Positions 37,499 to 50,368 of a stretch of DNA of 64,000 bases are shown one piece after another. Below the pieces are notes generated by a model. It searched no databases. It saw only the letters and a list, made by a program, of their open reading frames with translations, and was not told the origin of the DNA. Numbering within the stretch: the stretch's first letter is position 1; every line of letters begins with the position of its first letter. The position numbers and the translations under genes are program-made. This stretch comes from Ophelia neglecta (lineage: Eukaryota), in NCBI GenBank assembly GCA_965285935.1, contig OZ260662.1, positions 82,150,001 to 82,214,000 of the forward strand, given 5' to 3'.

Positions 37499-40400
37499 TA
37501 CTTTCGCTGCCGCGATCGGGGTGATAAACTTTTTGTATGTATCTACGGGCCGAAGAAAGTCGATCAAGGAGCAGACGTTTTTCTGAGAAAGCTGAGTGTC
37601 ATACCTTATGACTTAATTATGCCTAGACCGGGCCCTTAATTGGACCCTTGGGTATCAGAATTAGGAGCGCGGCACCTCTCCCCTAATATTAAATGAATGT
37701 GATTTATTTCGAGTTTTCATCCTAAACGCTGATTAATTTTAAAAATATTTCTTCCTTGGTCATGTACAACTTAAATGTCTGTGCTCAACACCCGAGGCTC
37801 AGCAGTGCATCGCTGCCATCGAAAAAAAACAAGCGAAGCATGTCTCGGGTCCAACAAGTTATGTCTCATAGTTTTCACCTTTGGTTAGGATCCATGTGAA
37901 TTGTGCACAGGCAAAAACTAGTCTAGGTTTCATATGAGCCTATTAAAGACTAAATCGCATCGTCACCTGTCCCGAAACTCCCCACCCTTACCTCTGCATT
38001 GAGTTTTTCAGGAGATGTTGCTGTCCATGGAGAGTGATGCTCTGCTGACAGATAGTGAGTTAATCGAAGCATATACAGGTGGACATGACGAGTGTATCAT
38101 TCAACAAATATCCAGATCTCGTCGAAGTTGAAATCTATACTATAGAGTTATTGCATCATACATGTTTTCTTCTTTTTATCATTATTCATCTATATATGCC
38201 ATTCTATATTCCTTGTATCATGCCCAAGTGGATGTGACGCATTCTTTAACTAGAACTCAACTCTTGGGTGTGCAATTTAAATAACTTTTTCTAAGCAGCA
38301 TATTTTCAGCTGTGAGTTGTAACTAATTTCAGCAAGCAGGGCATTTATCTCAATAGTTTCCAATCTTGCATTTTAAGTATTAATTATATATAAATAAATA
38401 TATAGTCCAAGTAAAAGAAAAAACTCAACAAAACGTACTAAATCCAAAAAGACCTATATTTCAAAGGGCATGCCGTACTTCATCAGGGCTACAAAATATG
38501 CATTTTATCTTCTATATAGGCCTATATCGGACCAGTTAGCATATCCCGTCTAGCATATTGTAATCAGCTACATGATTGTACTTTAATTATTGTTGATGGT
38601 ACAAAAAGTGAATATGTTGATTGCAATATTTTCGCCTCTAATTCCTATATGCCTTTTTTGGTATTGTAGTTTAACACAGTCGCAGACTATATTATCTAGT
38701 CCATTCCTTCCAAGATGTGCCGATAGGCCATAGGTCATAATCCGGCACAGTTTATTTTCCTTGTTCAATAATCTGTTGATGGCTCCTACTTTCATAAATC
38801 AGCTAAATATACATTACTATAACCCTCATTGTGATGAACTCTCTGCCACCTTTATGTGGTTTATTGACCAGTATGTGGCCCTGCAAATCTCCGTTGTCAT
38901 GCACTTGCCTCGCATACAGCTGCTTCTATTGCAAGCTCTATGTGCATCGTTCCGGTGTTGCCCACTCGAACCCTTTCGAAGTAGCTCGTTTTACTAGTCT
39001 TATAAAGTTAGCCATGGAATTATCTTATTCATGAAAGCAGGCGTCTCATTGTCATTTTCTCTTTTGTAGCTTTTCGTGTAAAACGTTTCTTTTTGTCTGC
39101 TTCCTTCAGAATAATTTTCCTTACAAGTGCTTTTTCATTTTTAACAGGCCTACTTTTAAATTAGTACAAATTGCTAAAAAGATATTATGGTCTGTTCTAG
39201 AGCCCGAATGAAAGAAATTAACTTCTTGTCAAGTAAAAGGCCTTCTATAACTTATCAAAACACTCAAATCGTGAATACAATTAAAACTTAGCAAATTAAA
39301 AGCTTCAGCTGTCCTATAGTCGGAAATGGAAATAAGGGTAACAGTCATGAATGGTTTGATATAAAAATCTTAGAATACCGTATTAATGTGTTTGTGCTAG
39401 CCGGGGAAAACTGATGATGGGCTTAGTTGTTTATCTCGCCCACTGCCAACTGTTCAAAGACCATAAACCTCTTGTACCATCTTTATACTGTGATAGCAAC
39501 ATAGATCTGAAGGTCACGATAGCCAAATTTATCTTCTTTTGAGTCTGTGTATTTAGGTGATTTAAAATCAACTCATCTGAAGGTGCAGGCTAATATAAAG
39601 TGAGGTGAAAGCTTGGGGACATGTGGATTTTATCGAAATGAATTAATAGGCTTAATGACAATAAAGCTAGATTACTGAATCATAGCTCTCCTTATTTTGT
39701 CCTTATGAGGTTTTTACGCATATTCGTGGCTTTGGTAGAATATCTGTGATACCTGCGACCAACATTAAAACCAACATCCCATTTTCGTCTTAGGTGATAC
39801 GGCCAATTATTGAGCCTACTCACAGACGCCAACAAGGTTACCTGGCTCGCTCAGATCACTCCCCATGTCGGTCGTGCTGAAAGAGATGGTTTTGTACTCC
39901 CATAGTTTTCCTGTACGCGCTTTCAGCACGACCCTACCGTTTTTCATATTGACCTTAGCTAAACACCACAGTTTCTCCCAAGACCTCTGAGGCATGCATG
40001 TTTGACAGTGATCAAGGACTCCGGAGATATATCCCCAGAGCTCTGTCAAGAGTCAAGACACAGAATGCATCATACTTTTTATACTTCCTGATTGGACAAT
40101 TCCTTTCAATTCAGGTGACTTGTTTTCAGGAGCCCTACAGATCCGGCCATGACCTGTCGTCCAAGAGTTCAGGCTAAAAACTCCGCGTGTTTTCCATCAG
40201 AACATTATTTAGTCTTATCCATGAGGAAGGAACATTCTTTTCTGGACCTACATAGAGTGTACCATGATTATAGGCATTGTGGAGCAAACTGAAAACGCCC
40301 TATTTTCGAACGCCATTTGATCTGTGTTAATAAAACCTGATCATGCCATTACTGCCTGCCAAATGCACTACTGTCCTTTGTGATAAAGATTAAACATGGG

Positions 40401-43198
40401 GCTCATTTCCAGTCTAAAAACATAGAATTGGAAATGGCATCTTTTTATATACAATGTCTACCTTGCATATGGGTATTGTAGTAAATAGTTTAATGTATTG
40501 CTATCTATAATTGTTCCTATGTAGGCCGTTAACGAGCTGCATTGGATCAATAAGCCGTATAACAGTCACTGTATTGAATTTAAAAAACTCGATTAAAGTC
40601 GACGCCAACCGTCGTGGATGGAGATGCCTCCGCAAAGAGCTGCGCGTGGCGCAATATATATACATGTAGGTCAAGGTATGTAGACGTTAAAGGGAAGCGC
40701 CCGTCACAAGTTGTTCAAAAAACACCAAGAAATAGGTCAAGGTCGAGTGTGTAGCAATTCAAAGTTTCCCTATATATAATTTCCGGTTTAGGGTCAATTC
40801 ATTGGCACCCCTGTCTTCTACCATTAAGCCTTAAACTTAAGCTTCAATTTATTTTGAATTATCAATTTAATAAGTTGCCCTTGTCAGCCATCTTGTTTTT
40901 CCCATCTGACCTTAAATCTAATCAGCTCATCACAAGTGTCCATCGACTACTCCCATAAATTTATAAAAATGCTTCTACTATAGGCCTATACGGTTCAAGA
41001 ATTATCGCGGCCACTAGCAATCTTCTCGCACGAAGATTGTCCACACACGGCGGCGGCCACCTTCTTTCTCTAATCTAAGCCTTGGCAAACAACACTCTTA
41101 TGAAATTATAAAGAAATTTGTCGAACCGCTCTTGACTTATTGGGGTACAAACATTAGCAACGGACAGCGAACACCTAATGGTCGGACGGACGGAAAACCC
41201 GTCTACATAAAAACGTTTGTTAACATATATGGTCCCTTCATGACAAACTATGTTATTTATTTATAAGGGTGCGTGGGCAAGATAATAAGCATACGTGTAG
41301 CGAGTTACTTTTGTGTTATAACCGTGATTCGAGGAATAATAGGCACATGTACTCTCACTTATCAAGGTGCTAAATTTTGTATTATCTGTCCAAAAACGGC
41401 AAATCTTCTCACAGCGTTGACCTTTCTTTTTTAACGCACTTAGTTATAGCAAAACGGATTTTTTTGAGAGCAATGTGGCTTGAAATATATTTATAACTCC
41501 CATGTTATAGTTGTTTTGATATTGGGATGTTTGCTCACTTTATTTTCTTCTGTCATAAATTGTACAGTTATGACCTTTGTGACATTCATGGTCGTGCAGT
41601 TACCCATAATGACCGTCAAGGAAATGAGAGTACCCGTTAAGGCGGTCTGGTGCCACCCCCTTCACTCCAGCGGTATCTCATTGAGCCCACACAGTCACAT
41701 GTACACATATATGAGGCATGGCGTTCACCCCACCTTTGGAATGTTTGCCTTTAAGTTATTGAAATTATCTTTACTAGTAGTAAATTGTTATGTAATTAAT
41801 TGTTGGCTGGCTCCTTGGGATTAATGTTTAATAGAATAAGCTTTACTGATCTTTATATATGTTATGGTGTCAGATAGGAGCCAGCTCTGATATTTATGTT
41901 ATGTATAATAATTGTCATTGCAAATAATAAAATGTTAATGACCTTTTTTCAATTCTAATCCCTTGGTTTGTCAAATCATTGCAAACAAGCTTCTACCTTA
42001 GCGCAGTGAGTCAGGCGCAGCTATAAATATATATATCATACAAATCAGCTTGCCACAATAAATTCTTATTTGTTAAGAACTAAAATGCGTCAAACTGTAA
42101 TTCTCCACTTTCAGTAATCCTAAAATAATAAAGAGTTAGAATTACACACAAATCGGTGTGTATAACAAAGCAGATACCATTCCACCATATCTAAATAGCC
42201 TACCCGCAACTTTATCTGTTACGGCACAACTAGGCCTATCATATGTCTAGGCGTAGTATACATGGTTATGGAAAAATACAAGGTTGTGTATATGGAACAG
42301 AAACAGACGGCGGACAAGCAGCCCATGATTTATTAACAGCAACATGGTTGGTGTTAAATACCATTAATGTGGGAGCGACTCATCTTAGATTGGAAAGTGG
42401 CACAGATGCATTAAATATCATTAAAGTGGGATGTTGTCTTCTTTTGAAGTGTTTCTATGTGTTTACAACAAAAAAGTGCCAAAAGCAACAAATCGTTTTT
42501 CAGAAGATCAAAACGTGTATTGTAATTGCAGGAATTTCGGAAATGTTCTTTACTTACAATGAACTAAAACATTATACTTAGGGCGGTAATAACCATCCTT
42601 AACCCTGCCTATTCTGCACGCAGTTAAATTCCGAAAGCACAACACAGTGTAACAAATACGTTTTCCGTTCGTAGCCGCAAGTAGGCTAGGTAGTCCAAGC
42701 TTTACCCGGCGGGCTCGGCAGGTCTGGATCCCAGCTAATCAGACCTGACTACCTCTCTGACACAACTGTGCCGCCAGTCACGGCCAGACAACTCTGTATA
42801 TCCTCTATCTCTCTCTCCCTCTTAGCCCTGAGGGCACAACATGGCGTACATGGGGTAGGAAGGGAATTGGTAAAATATATAAGCCCCAACTGACACCAGC
42901 GAAAGTTTAATCAGCAGTCACCGTTATCTGCTTCCTGACAGTACACGCGTTCATTTGTATGTCTGATCATGTGATGTAGGTGTACCCTTTCAATCATGAA
43001 ACGCCACTTCAGGGTTGATATAATGCATGATAAATCAAAGGGGAATCGAACGGCAAGGCCTTCCCAGGCTCCTACGTCAAGGTACCTGAAAAAATAAAAT
43101 AAAAACATTTTATTGCATTAATTTTATACTAGCATATCTTCGGGTTTTTTGACAGATCCTGCTTTTACAATCATGTCTGGTGATTTAAAAAAGCGACG

Positions 43199-43393
43199 TG
43201 TTCGTAAACAGGAAAACGCGGGAATGTTTAACAGATAAGCGCGTGAATTTAGGTTTACATGTAGGTGTGGGAGTGTACATGTAGGCGCGGCAATATTGGT
43301 TAAGAGGTAGGCCCGAGAGTGTTTGTTTACAGGTAGGCCCTGGAGAGTCGTTTCTTAGGTAGGCTTGGGAGTGATTGTTTACAGGAAGGTGCA
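43199..43393. repeat. Degenerate ~24-bp tandem repeat, about 8 copies
   Basis: Recurrent TGTTTACAGGTAGGC.CGGGAG-like units. Confidence 0.7.
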
Positions 43394-46300
43394 CATTTAT
43401 TAAACATTTATTTAGCGTTCTGTACCCTGTATCCTACATGTTTTAGATTCTAGACATTGGCAGTTCAATGTCACGCAGGCCTTCCTTATACACACACATA
43501 TATGTAAAAATACATATACATCACTTATACACAATTATATAAGGTATGTTCCGGTTAATCTATAGAAACCTTTTATATCAGGAAATGAAAACACCTGTTT
43601 GTCCGGTGTATCAGACTTTAACGGAAGCCCTGAGTAGGTGTTTGGTGGGTGTTTTATTAGTCTAATCAGACAGGGAAGCTCCAATAAACAGGGAAGCCTA
43701 TTTAAATTGTATGCTCTTTATTTACTGAAAAAAAAAACGCCGCGTCGCAGTAAGCACCAGGGCATTGATCAGAGGATTCTTGAGAATCCGCCGAGACATC
43801 AAACTGAAGAAGTGGCGGGAAAATGGTTCATGGAATCGAAAAAAACCATTTGAAAAAAGTCGAAAAAAACTGCAACCACAGCTTATAACAAGGGTGTATA
43901 CTACACGGACATTAATGGCAAGATTACACTACTTATTACTTTGGACATGGCCGTGGTTTTCTTGAAAGTCGGATAATACGGTCCCCATGGTGTTCCCGGT
44001 CATGACCTGGGTCACGGTCACATCATGGGAGAGTGCTTTCACGGCCACTCACTCGGCCATCGTACGAATAGTTTGCCTCTGACCTCATCACAGATGTCAA
44101 GGCCCGAGGGCAGAATCACGTCTGTCAGCCCCGTTTGTACGGTGAGCCCTGAAGACCGGAGAAAAACCAGTGTGTGAAACGGAAACGTAATGTTAGCGAA
44201 GAACAAATGGATGTCAGCTGTCTATACATATGACACTCTTGAAAGTTAATTACCATGACTCATAATCTTTAAAATACATTGACTATTAGCCTATAGATCT
44301 GTTTGGTCACTCTAGTCGGTGTAGAGAACTTCACTTTTCAAAAATAAGTATCAGAAATTACATGCTGGGTCTAGTTTATCAATTTTATTCGTTATGTTCC
44401 ATGAGACAAGCATATATACATGTATACAGACATTCGCGATACATATCTTGCCTTACTGGGAATATTGTTTAAGCTAATCGATACTCAATGGATGATCTTA
44501 TTCCCTCTGTACGAGCACTACTTTTTTAACCCAAGACGCTGGATGGTTGAACTGATTCGTATCAGGAAAGGAATAGAAACGACGACTAAAAGTTACAGTA
44601 AAGGCCTATTATGCTGTTTGCATTGCCACAATCTGAGCAGCCTTCAATAGTGCGTAAACGTATACGCTATACACACCTAGTCATTTTCCATTGGTTGCCC
44701 TTATGACATTCCTATCAATTCCGTACTTTTCTTACGATTCAGGACATTGGCTGGTTATCTCTTAAAAATGTTTCGTCCAATGTTTAAATTATATGAAAAA
44801 TTCAGGGTAGGTTATTTACCATTTTGCTCCAGCACACCTAGCTTCTCTAAATAACTCACTAGAGGTACTACTCTAAGAACAGCAACTGTTTCTGAATACT
44901 GCCAAAATATGCATAAATGCGGCATTTTGTCATACCCAAGAAGACAGGCATATTACCCAATATAATCTACCATCAACGCATCGGCCAAAGGGCGACAATC
45001 TCGAGCTTCCCGACGTACTATAATATACAAGGGACTAGCTTCATCTACACATATTGTATCACTGTGCCATAATAATTGTTGTGTTAATATTTTGCACAAG
45101 TACCGCAGATGCTTTTCCTGTTATGTATACTCGTGCTTCTTGGAAGGAGAACTACTTAGAAGCAGAACTACTACCGTTTTTTCCCTCAAAAAATGATCTG
45201 TCGGCCTGTACTGCATTTTGTTTTTAAAAGCAACAGAAGCTTTGTTATTGCGGACATAGTAATGATAGTAATGCTTCCGCCTGCGCGAAATTAAAAAAAT
45301 ATTCATTGGGAATTAAGAGTAAGATGACATTTTTAAATTAAGGCAGTTATTTCATGACCAGTAGAAAAAAGTGTCCTCTTTAACTACTTTTCCTGCCATA
45401 TGTCCCAATGGCTATATAGCAGCTGTGAAGATGTCTTTAAGACAGCTGGATATAGCAGCATGGTAGCATTACCCAGTAGTATGGAATTCTGTTTCGTTTT
45501 ATTTAATCCATCCAAATTTGAAATGAATGAATTTCACAATTAAAATAGGATTTTCCTGTAAGTGTCCCAGCGTTCTTGTACGCGCAATAACCACTTTCTT
45601 ACACTATGGTACCCCGGCCTGTTTACATTATTTCAGAAGATTCGTGTGGGAACAAGTCACAGCCTTCTCAAGTACTCAACATAACTTTTCTGATGTCTGA
45701 GAAAATTGTAGCTGGTGTAATATCTTAGAATCATTTCCTGATATGGGCTTAAACTGAAGCTGTTTATTTGTGACCCGTCTCCCTGGTAGATATACTTCGT
45801 TGTATTTCTTTCTTTTGTGCCATTTTATACTTCTATACCAGATTTAGGCTGAAGTCCCATATAAAAATACTTTTGATACCGGATACGGCCTATATATGAT
45901 ATGAATGGGGTTTGACAGTTTAAGGTGTCGGTACAAGGTGCTAAGAATGACTGTAGGCTTATAGGCCGACTTTATTGGAAAATATAGATGCATTAGAAAA
46001 TATTAAGAAGCCTCCTCTTTCCTCATGAATTTTCGTTGTCGCGCTCATCTTCTGTCTGTGACCAGATCCTTTTCTCCTTCCACCTGCCTCTCGTCTCCCT
46101 CCTTTTCATCCTTCCTGTGTGTCAAGTGTCAATGGGTTACAACGCACGTCCCAGCTTTCACCCGCGCACGCTGGTACATGACAACCTGTATTTTGTAGAA
46201 ATACATTTTCCGTTGCATGCCGTTGCATGATTTTGGTTAGAGTAGGCCTAAATCAGTTTTTATTTATAAACCATATTCAGAACATTTCTAGATGGAATCT

Positions 46301-46484
46301 TTCGGGTATGAAATATGTATCTGAACACAAGAATAAATTTTATACGTTCATCTTTGGTGATTTATGTCAATTTTACCCACAAATACAGGGGTGGATGGTT
46401 TAGGGTATCATGCAAGGTGACCATATTGGATTTAAGATGTCCCAAAGGCTGATAGAGGTCTGACTGCATGTTTGGTCATTTCCT

Positions 46485-47125
46485 TCAGGTCTAAATATAG
46501 GCCTGGACATCAAAATGAAGTGTTTAAGAGATTTATTAAGAAAGATATTCCCGATTTAGTGATTTAATCTAAGCATTATGCCAAATAACGGTAGGTAAAT
46601 TATGCCAAATGATAAATATACTTTGGTATGCAAATAAGTATCTTACAGGTATTTTGCTAAGGACCTAAACCATAGATCTAGACACCAAAGGAAGCCTCTT
46701 TATCGCTTACCAATTAAAGCAAATATTCTTGCTTTAGTGATGTAAGCTAACTAATAGGCTAATTAGGTGAATTATGCTCAATTTATGCAAATTATCATTC
46801 ATTTAACTTAAGGACATTAACCTTAGGTCTAGTCACCAAAAAGAAGTTCTCATATGGCTTACTAACGTTGATAGTCGTTATTTAGTGGTTTTGGCTAATT
46901 AATATGCTTATTAGGTGACTTATGCCAAATGCTAAATATATGCAAATTAGCTTCGGACTATTTTTACGTTTCCTCGGGACCTAAACTTTGTGTTAAGACA
47001 ACAAAAGGACATCTCCATAGGGCTAAATAAGAAAGATTTAACCTTGATTGATGACTTTAGCTCATAAATATGCTAATTAGGTCGATTATGCATAATGCTC
47101 AACCTATGTAAATTAGCATTCGGCA
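46485..47125. repeat. Four diverged ~150-170-bp tandem units, probably the core array of a non-autonomous element
   Basis: Each unit has GGACCTAAAC..TAGACACCAAA, GCTAATTAGGTGA.TTATGC and TATGCAAAT(T/A)-like words. Confidence 0.7.
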
Positions 47126-48351
47126 GTCCTCATGACCTATATATACAATGACCAACATAAAATCTTACTCGACTCAACGTTTCCGGATTGACCAGTTTGG
47201 CTAGTAGACTATATGTCAAAATGAGCGTATCAATACATTGATGTAGATTATTTATGGCAGTATGTGTGTTTTCTTGGGTGTACAAATTGTACATTTTCTT
47301 GATGCAATCGGCTACAAGACAAATATTCGGTTTTAACGATCTATGGATATTTCGAAAGTCGTCAGCCGTTTACGCTTTGTGCAATTTTATAAGGACCTAA
47401 CCTTATTAGGCTAGGTCTGCTGAAGATAATTATTATAAACCTACCCTGAATAAAATATATTACGTTGTTTGGGAAGAATTAATGTTTACAGCTCAGCGGC
47501 GAATGACCTTAATCGTAAGAAGAAATGAACAGGGATCATACGAATGTCATAATGGTCACCAATGAGAACTATTAATGTTCAATGTTTTATAGGTGATTGA
47601 CCCTTTTATACTGCTGAGATCCATGCTAAACAAAACATCATATGATAAACAGTATTGGTTTAGACTAAAAGTAAAGGGGAAAGGGCAATAGACACACATG
47701 TTAAAATAGCTCGCTCAATTACAAATTTGCACTTTTCAAACACGATATTCATATAAGCATCCAATCCAGTCGCATACCATTACTCAGAAAAGTCAATGTG
47801 ACCAATATTTATAATTCGGCTCTGCAAATACTATAGTAGTCTAACGCTAAGCTTACTACTAGTGAAATGCTCTATAATGCTCTATTTATTATGTAAGAAC
47901 AAGCATAGCCTTATCATGGCTGTCCGATTTTTTTATTACACAATACATTGTCAACAAAAGCCTGCTCAATGTAAAAATAAATCTACGGTGTTAACATTCA
48001 ATCCCGTCTGTTCTGGATGTAATCTTCTCCGACATTTTGTTTGAATGGAGTCCAATTACAAGGATGAGACAATTTCGCTTTAAAAGGGCGTAACAGCATA
48101 GTTTTCCAAAAGTCATTCGTTGACATTACGATGGACGTAGTGTTTCGGCTTGACATATTGATTGTGAAGCTGTATTTACTTTGTTTTTGTTACCTTTTGT
48201 CTTCCGTTTAAGTAAAACATTTGCGTCGTCAGATGTTCCTCCCGTGCATTCATTCCATATGTTCTAAAAGTTCACACACACTAAGAATTCCACTCTATAA
48301 ACTGGCACTCACTGACTTGAACTCGTCAGCAGCTAAGTGCCCCCTTAACAT

Positions 48352-48832
48352 TCATACAAGCTGAAGGGCATTGTCTTTGGACCTGTCACCTTCGTCTTTC
48401 GAATCAAGTTGCATATTCAGCGCACTCGAGGCTGATAAGTCTGCTGGATTTCGATATTGCTCCAGCTCAAAATACATTAATGCATCCTGGTTGAAAGACT
48501 TGCGCGTGACATCCGGTGCTGCGCACGCATGTTTTTTGCAATGGCAACTATGGGTCCCAAGCGTATGTTGCCAATTGCTTTTACAAGTATGTGGAGAATG
48601 TACGGAGTATTGCACAGTTGTTTCGCTATCCGCCGACAGAGGCGCTGGTTGAGGAGAATATATGTAATCGTCATAGTCTCCTTCCGCTTTATTGAGCTTG
48701 CGCGCATCACGATGAACGTATGTTTGGTAATGAGGATGGACCGTGCCTCCGGTAGGTTCTTTGTACATGCTGGCTGTCACCTCCCCATACACTGCACACG
48801 AGTGACCTTGACTCGCAGGTCTTCGGCGTCTC
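48352..48832 (-). CDS. Gene A, terminal exon, Tyr-rich cytoplasmic tail
   Basis: ttttag acceptor in phase 2 gives the KRRRRP stop-transfer cluster and reads open to TGA. Contains DYIYSP and MYFELE motifs and ends ...ALQLV. Confidence 0.8.
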
Positions 48833-49102
48833 CTAAAATGGTACAAAACTACTTTAAATTTGCTCGGTGACAGATTAACGCATTTCACTTTTAAAATGGA
48901 ACGACAGAAATGGAAGAAACATAAGCTATGATATTTACGTACCGGCTTAGTCTCAATCTAGTGCATGCATTTAAGAATTACAATATATATGGCCCCTGCT
49001 CCCACAATAATCACAATCAGCATTTTAACATGTGATAAAGCATACCATGATGCAGGTGCATTGGGTTTGGCCTGTTTGCAATCGAGTAAATGTAATACTT
49101 AC

Positions 49103-49184
49103 TTCCTGAATAATATCAAGCCGGTGATGACCACACAGAGACCGACTATCACGGCAATGCTCACCACCACCACTATTATAAACC
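49103..49184 (-). CDS. Gene A, transmembrane exon
   Basis: ctatag acceptor and AA|GTAAGT donor; 82 nt, phase 1-2, the same length as the gene B TM exon. GFIIVVVVSIAVIVGLCVVITGLILFRK. Confidence 0.85.
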
Positions 49185-49588
49185 CTATAGGATCAAAGAC
49201 ATAAACGGCTTCAAGGCCAGCACATGTGATAGTGGTATGAGAGAAATGACAAATTTTGAAAGAAGATGGTGCAGAACGCTAATTAAGCAGAGTTACTGTA
49301 GCAGATTTTTTAACTTTGTAATGAGTAAATATTCCATTTCATTTTTCATTGATATAATCTTTAAATGTGATAAAACACTATATATATTAATAGCTGTGGG
49401 GTGGAGTTCTCGAAGTATGGAGACTTAAGTTTGTGAATGAACCAAATAATAAAAAACAATGGGTCTTAAATATGAGTGTGAGACAAGAATGTGTGCATAA
49501 TCCATTGTTAATTACGGGCTTAAGTCAAAATCTCAAGTCTCCAACCTTGCAGAACTTCACCATGGTCTTACCAGGTATTATTACCTAC

Positions 49589-49651
49589 CATTTGGTAGTG
49601 AGCTAATATAATGGAGAAACTCACTTCCTGTCATTTCTTCTTGCTGTGTGC
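49589..49651 (-). CDS. Gene A, juxtamembrane stalk exon
   Basis: ttttcag acceptor and G|GTAGGT donor; 63 nt. STQQEEMTGSEFLHYISSLPN(G) ends like the gene B stalk KSLPY(G). Confidence 0.7.
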
Positions 49652-50203
49652 CTGAAAATGGGATCGAGTTTTATTTATCGACACGCGCCCATTGTCCAAC
49701 TTTTTACCAGAAATAATTTAACACGTTGGGAGTACGTGCTGATTCATGGTATCAGAACCAGCATGTGCTAAATGTCTTTTTGATAGAAAAAGATGGGGTG
49801 AAAAATGTCAGAGGCTTGCATTTACCTCTTTATAAAAAAATATCTAGGGATTTCATGTTACATTAAACTTTGATTTTACTTAGTAACTTTATGTTGGATA
49901 TTTTTTGCAATTTTATTATGAATGATTCTCTAATGAAGGAAGATGAGCCGAAGAGATAAAAATACAATTTTATTTATCGACACATTCCTTAAAAACTCAA
50001 TAAAGCCTCGAGTCGGTTGCACCCAATGAATGAATTGCTACGCTTAGTACCAAATGGAACCGGGTGCCTTGCGGCTTACGGCTTTTCTGTGTTCATGAGA
50101 AATATATTTCGCACATCTTTTATGAGTAATGGCATCATTTGTAGCAATATTTACAGTTTAAATTTAATTAACATTACGACATTCAGTTTGAATGCGCACT
50201 TAC

Positions 50204-50368
50204 TAGGTGTAGTAAGGGAGCAGTTCGTGAGGGGGCGACTCCATGCACTTTCTTTGCATTCCAGCCTCGTTATCATCCCGGTAGAGATACAACGCACGAC
50301 GACCTCAGTGGCTGACTTCTGAACGATCTCCTGATTGTCATACAACACAGGGAGCACGCAACCAAATG
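50204..50368 (-). CDS. Gene A, 4-Cys Sushi/CCP-like exon
   Basis: tttacag acceptor and A|GTAAGT donor; 165 nt, phase 1-1. AFGCVLP...VVVRC...RLECKESAWSRPLTNC has the same C..C..C..W..C spacing as gene B exon 8369-8518. Confidence 0.8.

Noticed and set aside
39960-40049. CQTC motif as a retroviral integrase zinc finger
   Set aside because: No upstream His pair or downstream DDE core in any frame I could read.
25300-48300. Remaining short ORFs in the 23-kb A-B intergenic region
   Set aside because: Short, many with non-ATG starts, no recognisable domains or consistent splice structure; no further paralog exons found by eye.
48371-49204. Plus-strand ORFs overlapping gene A exons (also 8927, 9572, 57736, 59061)
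   Set aside because: Antisense shadows of real minus-strand exons.
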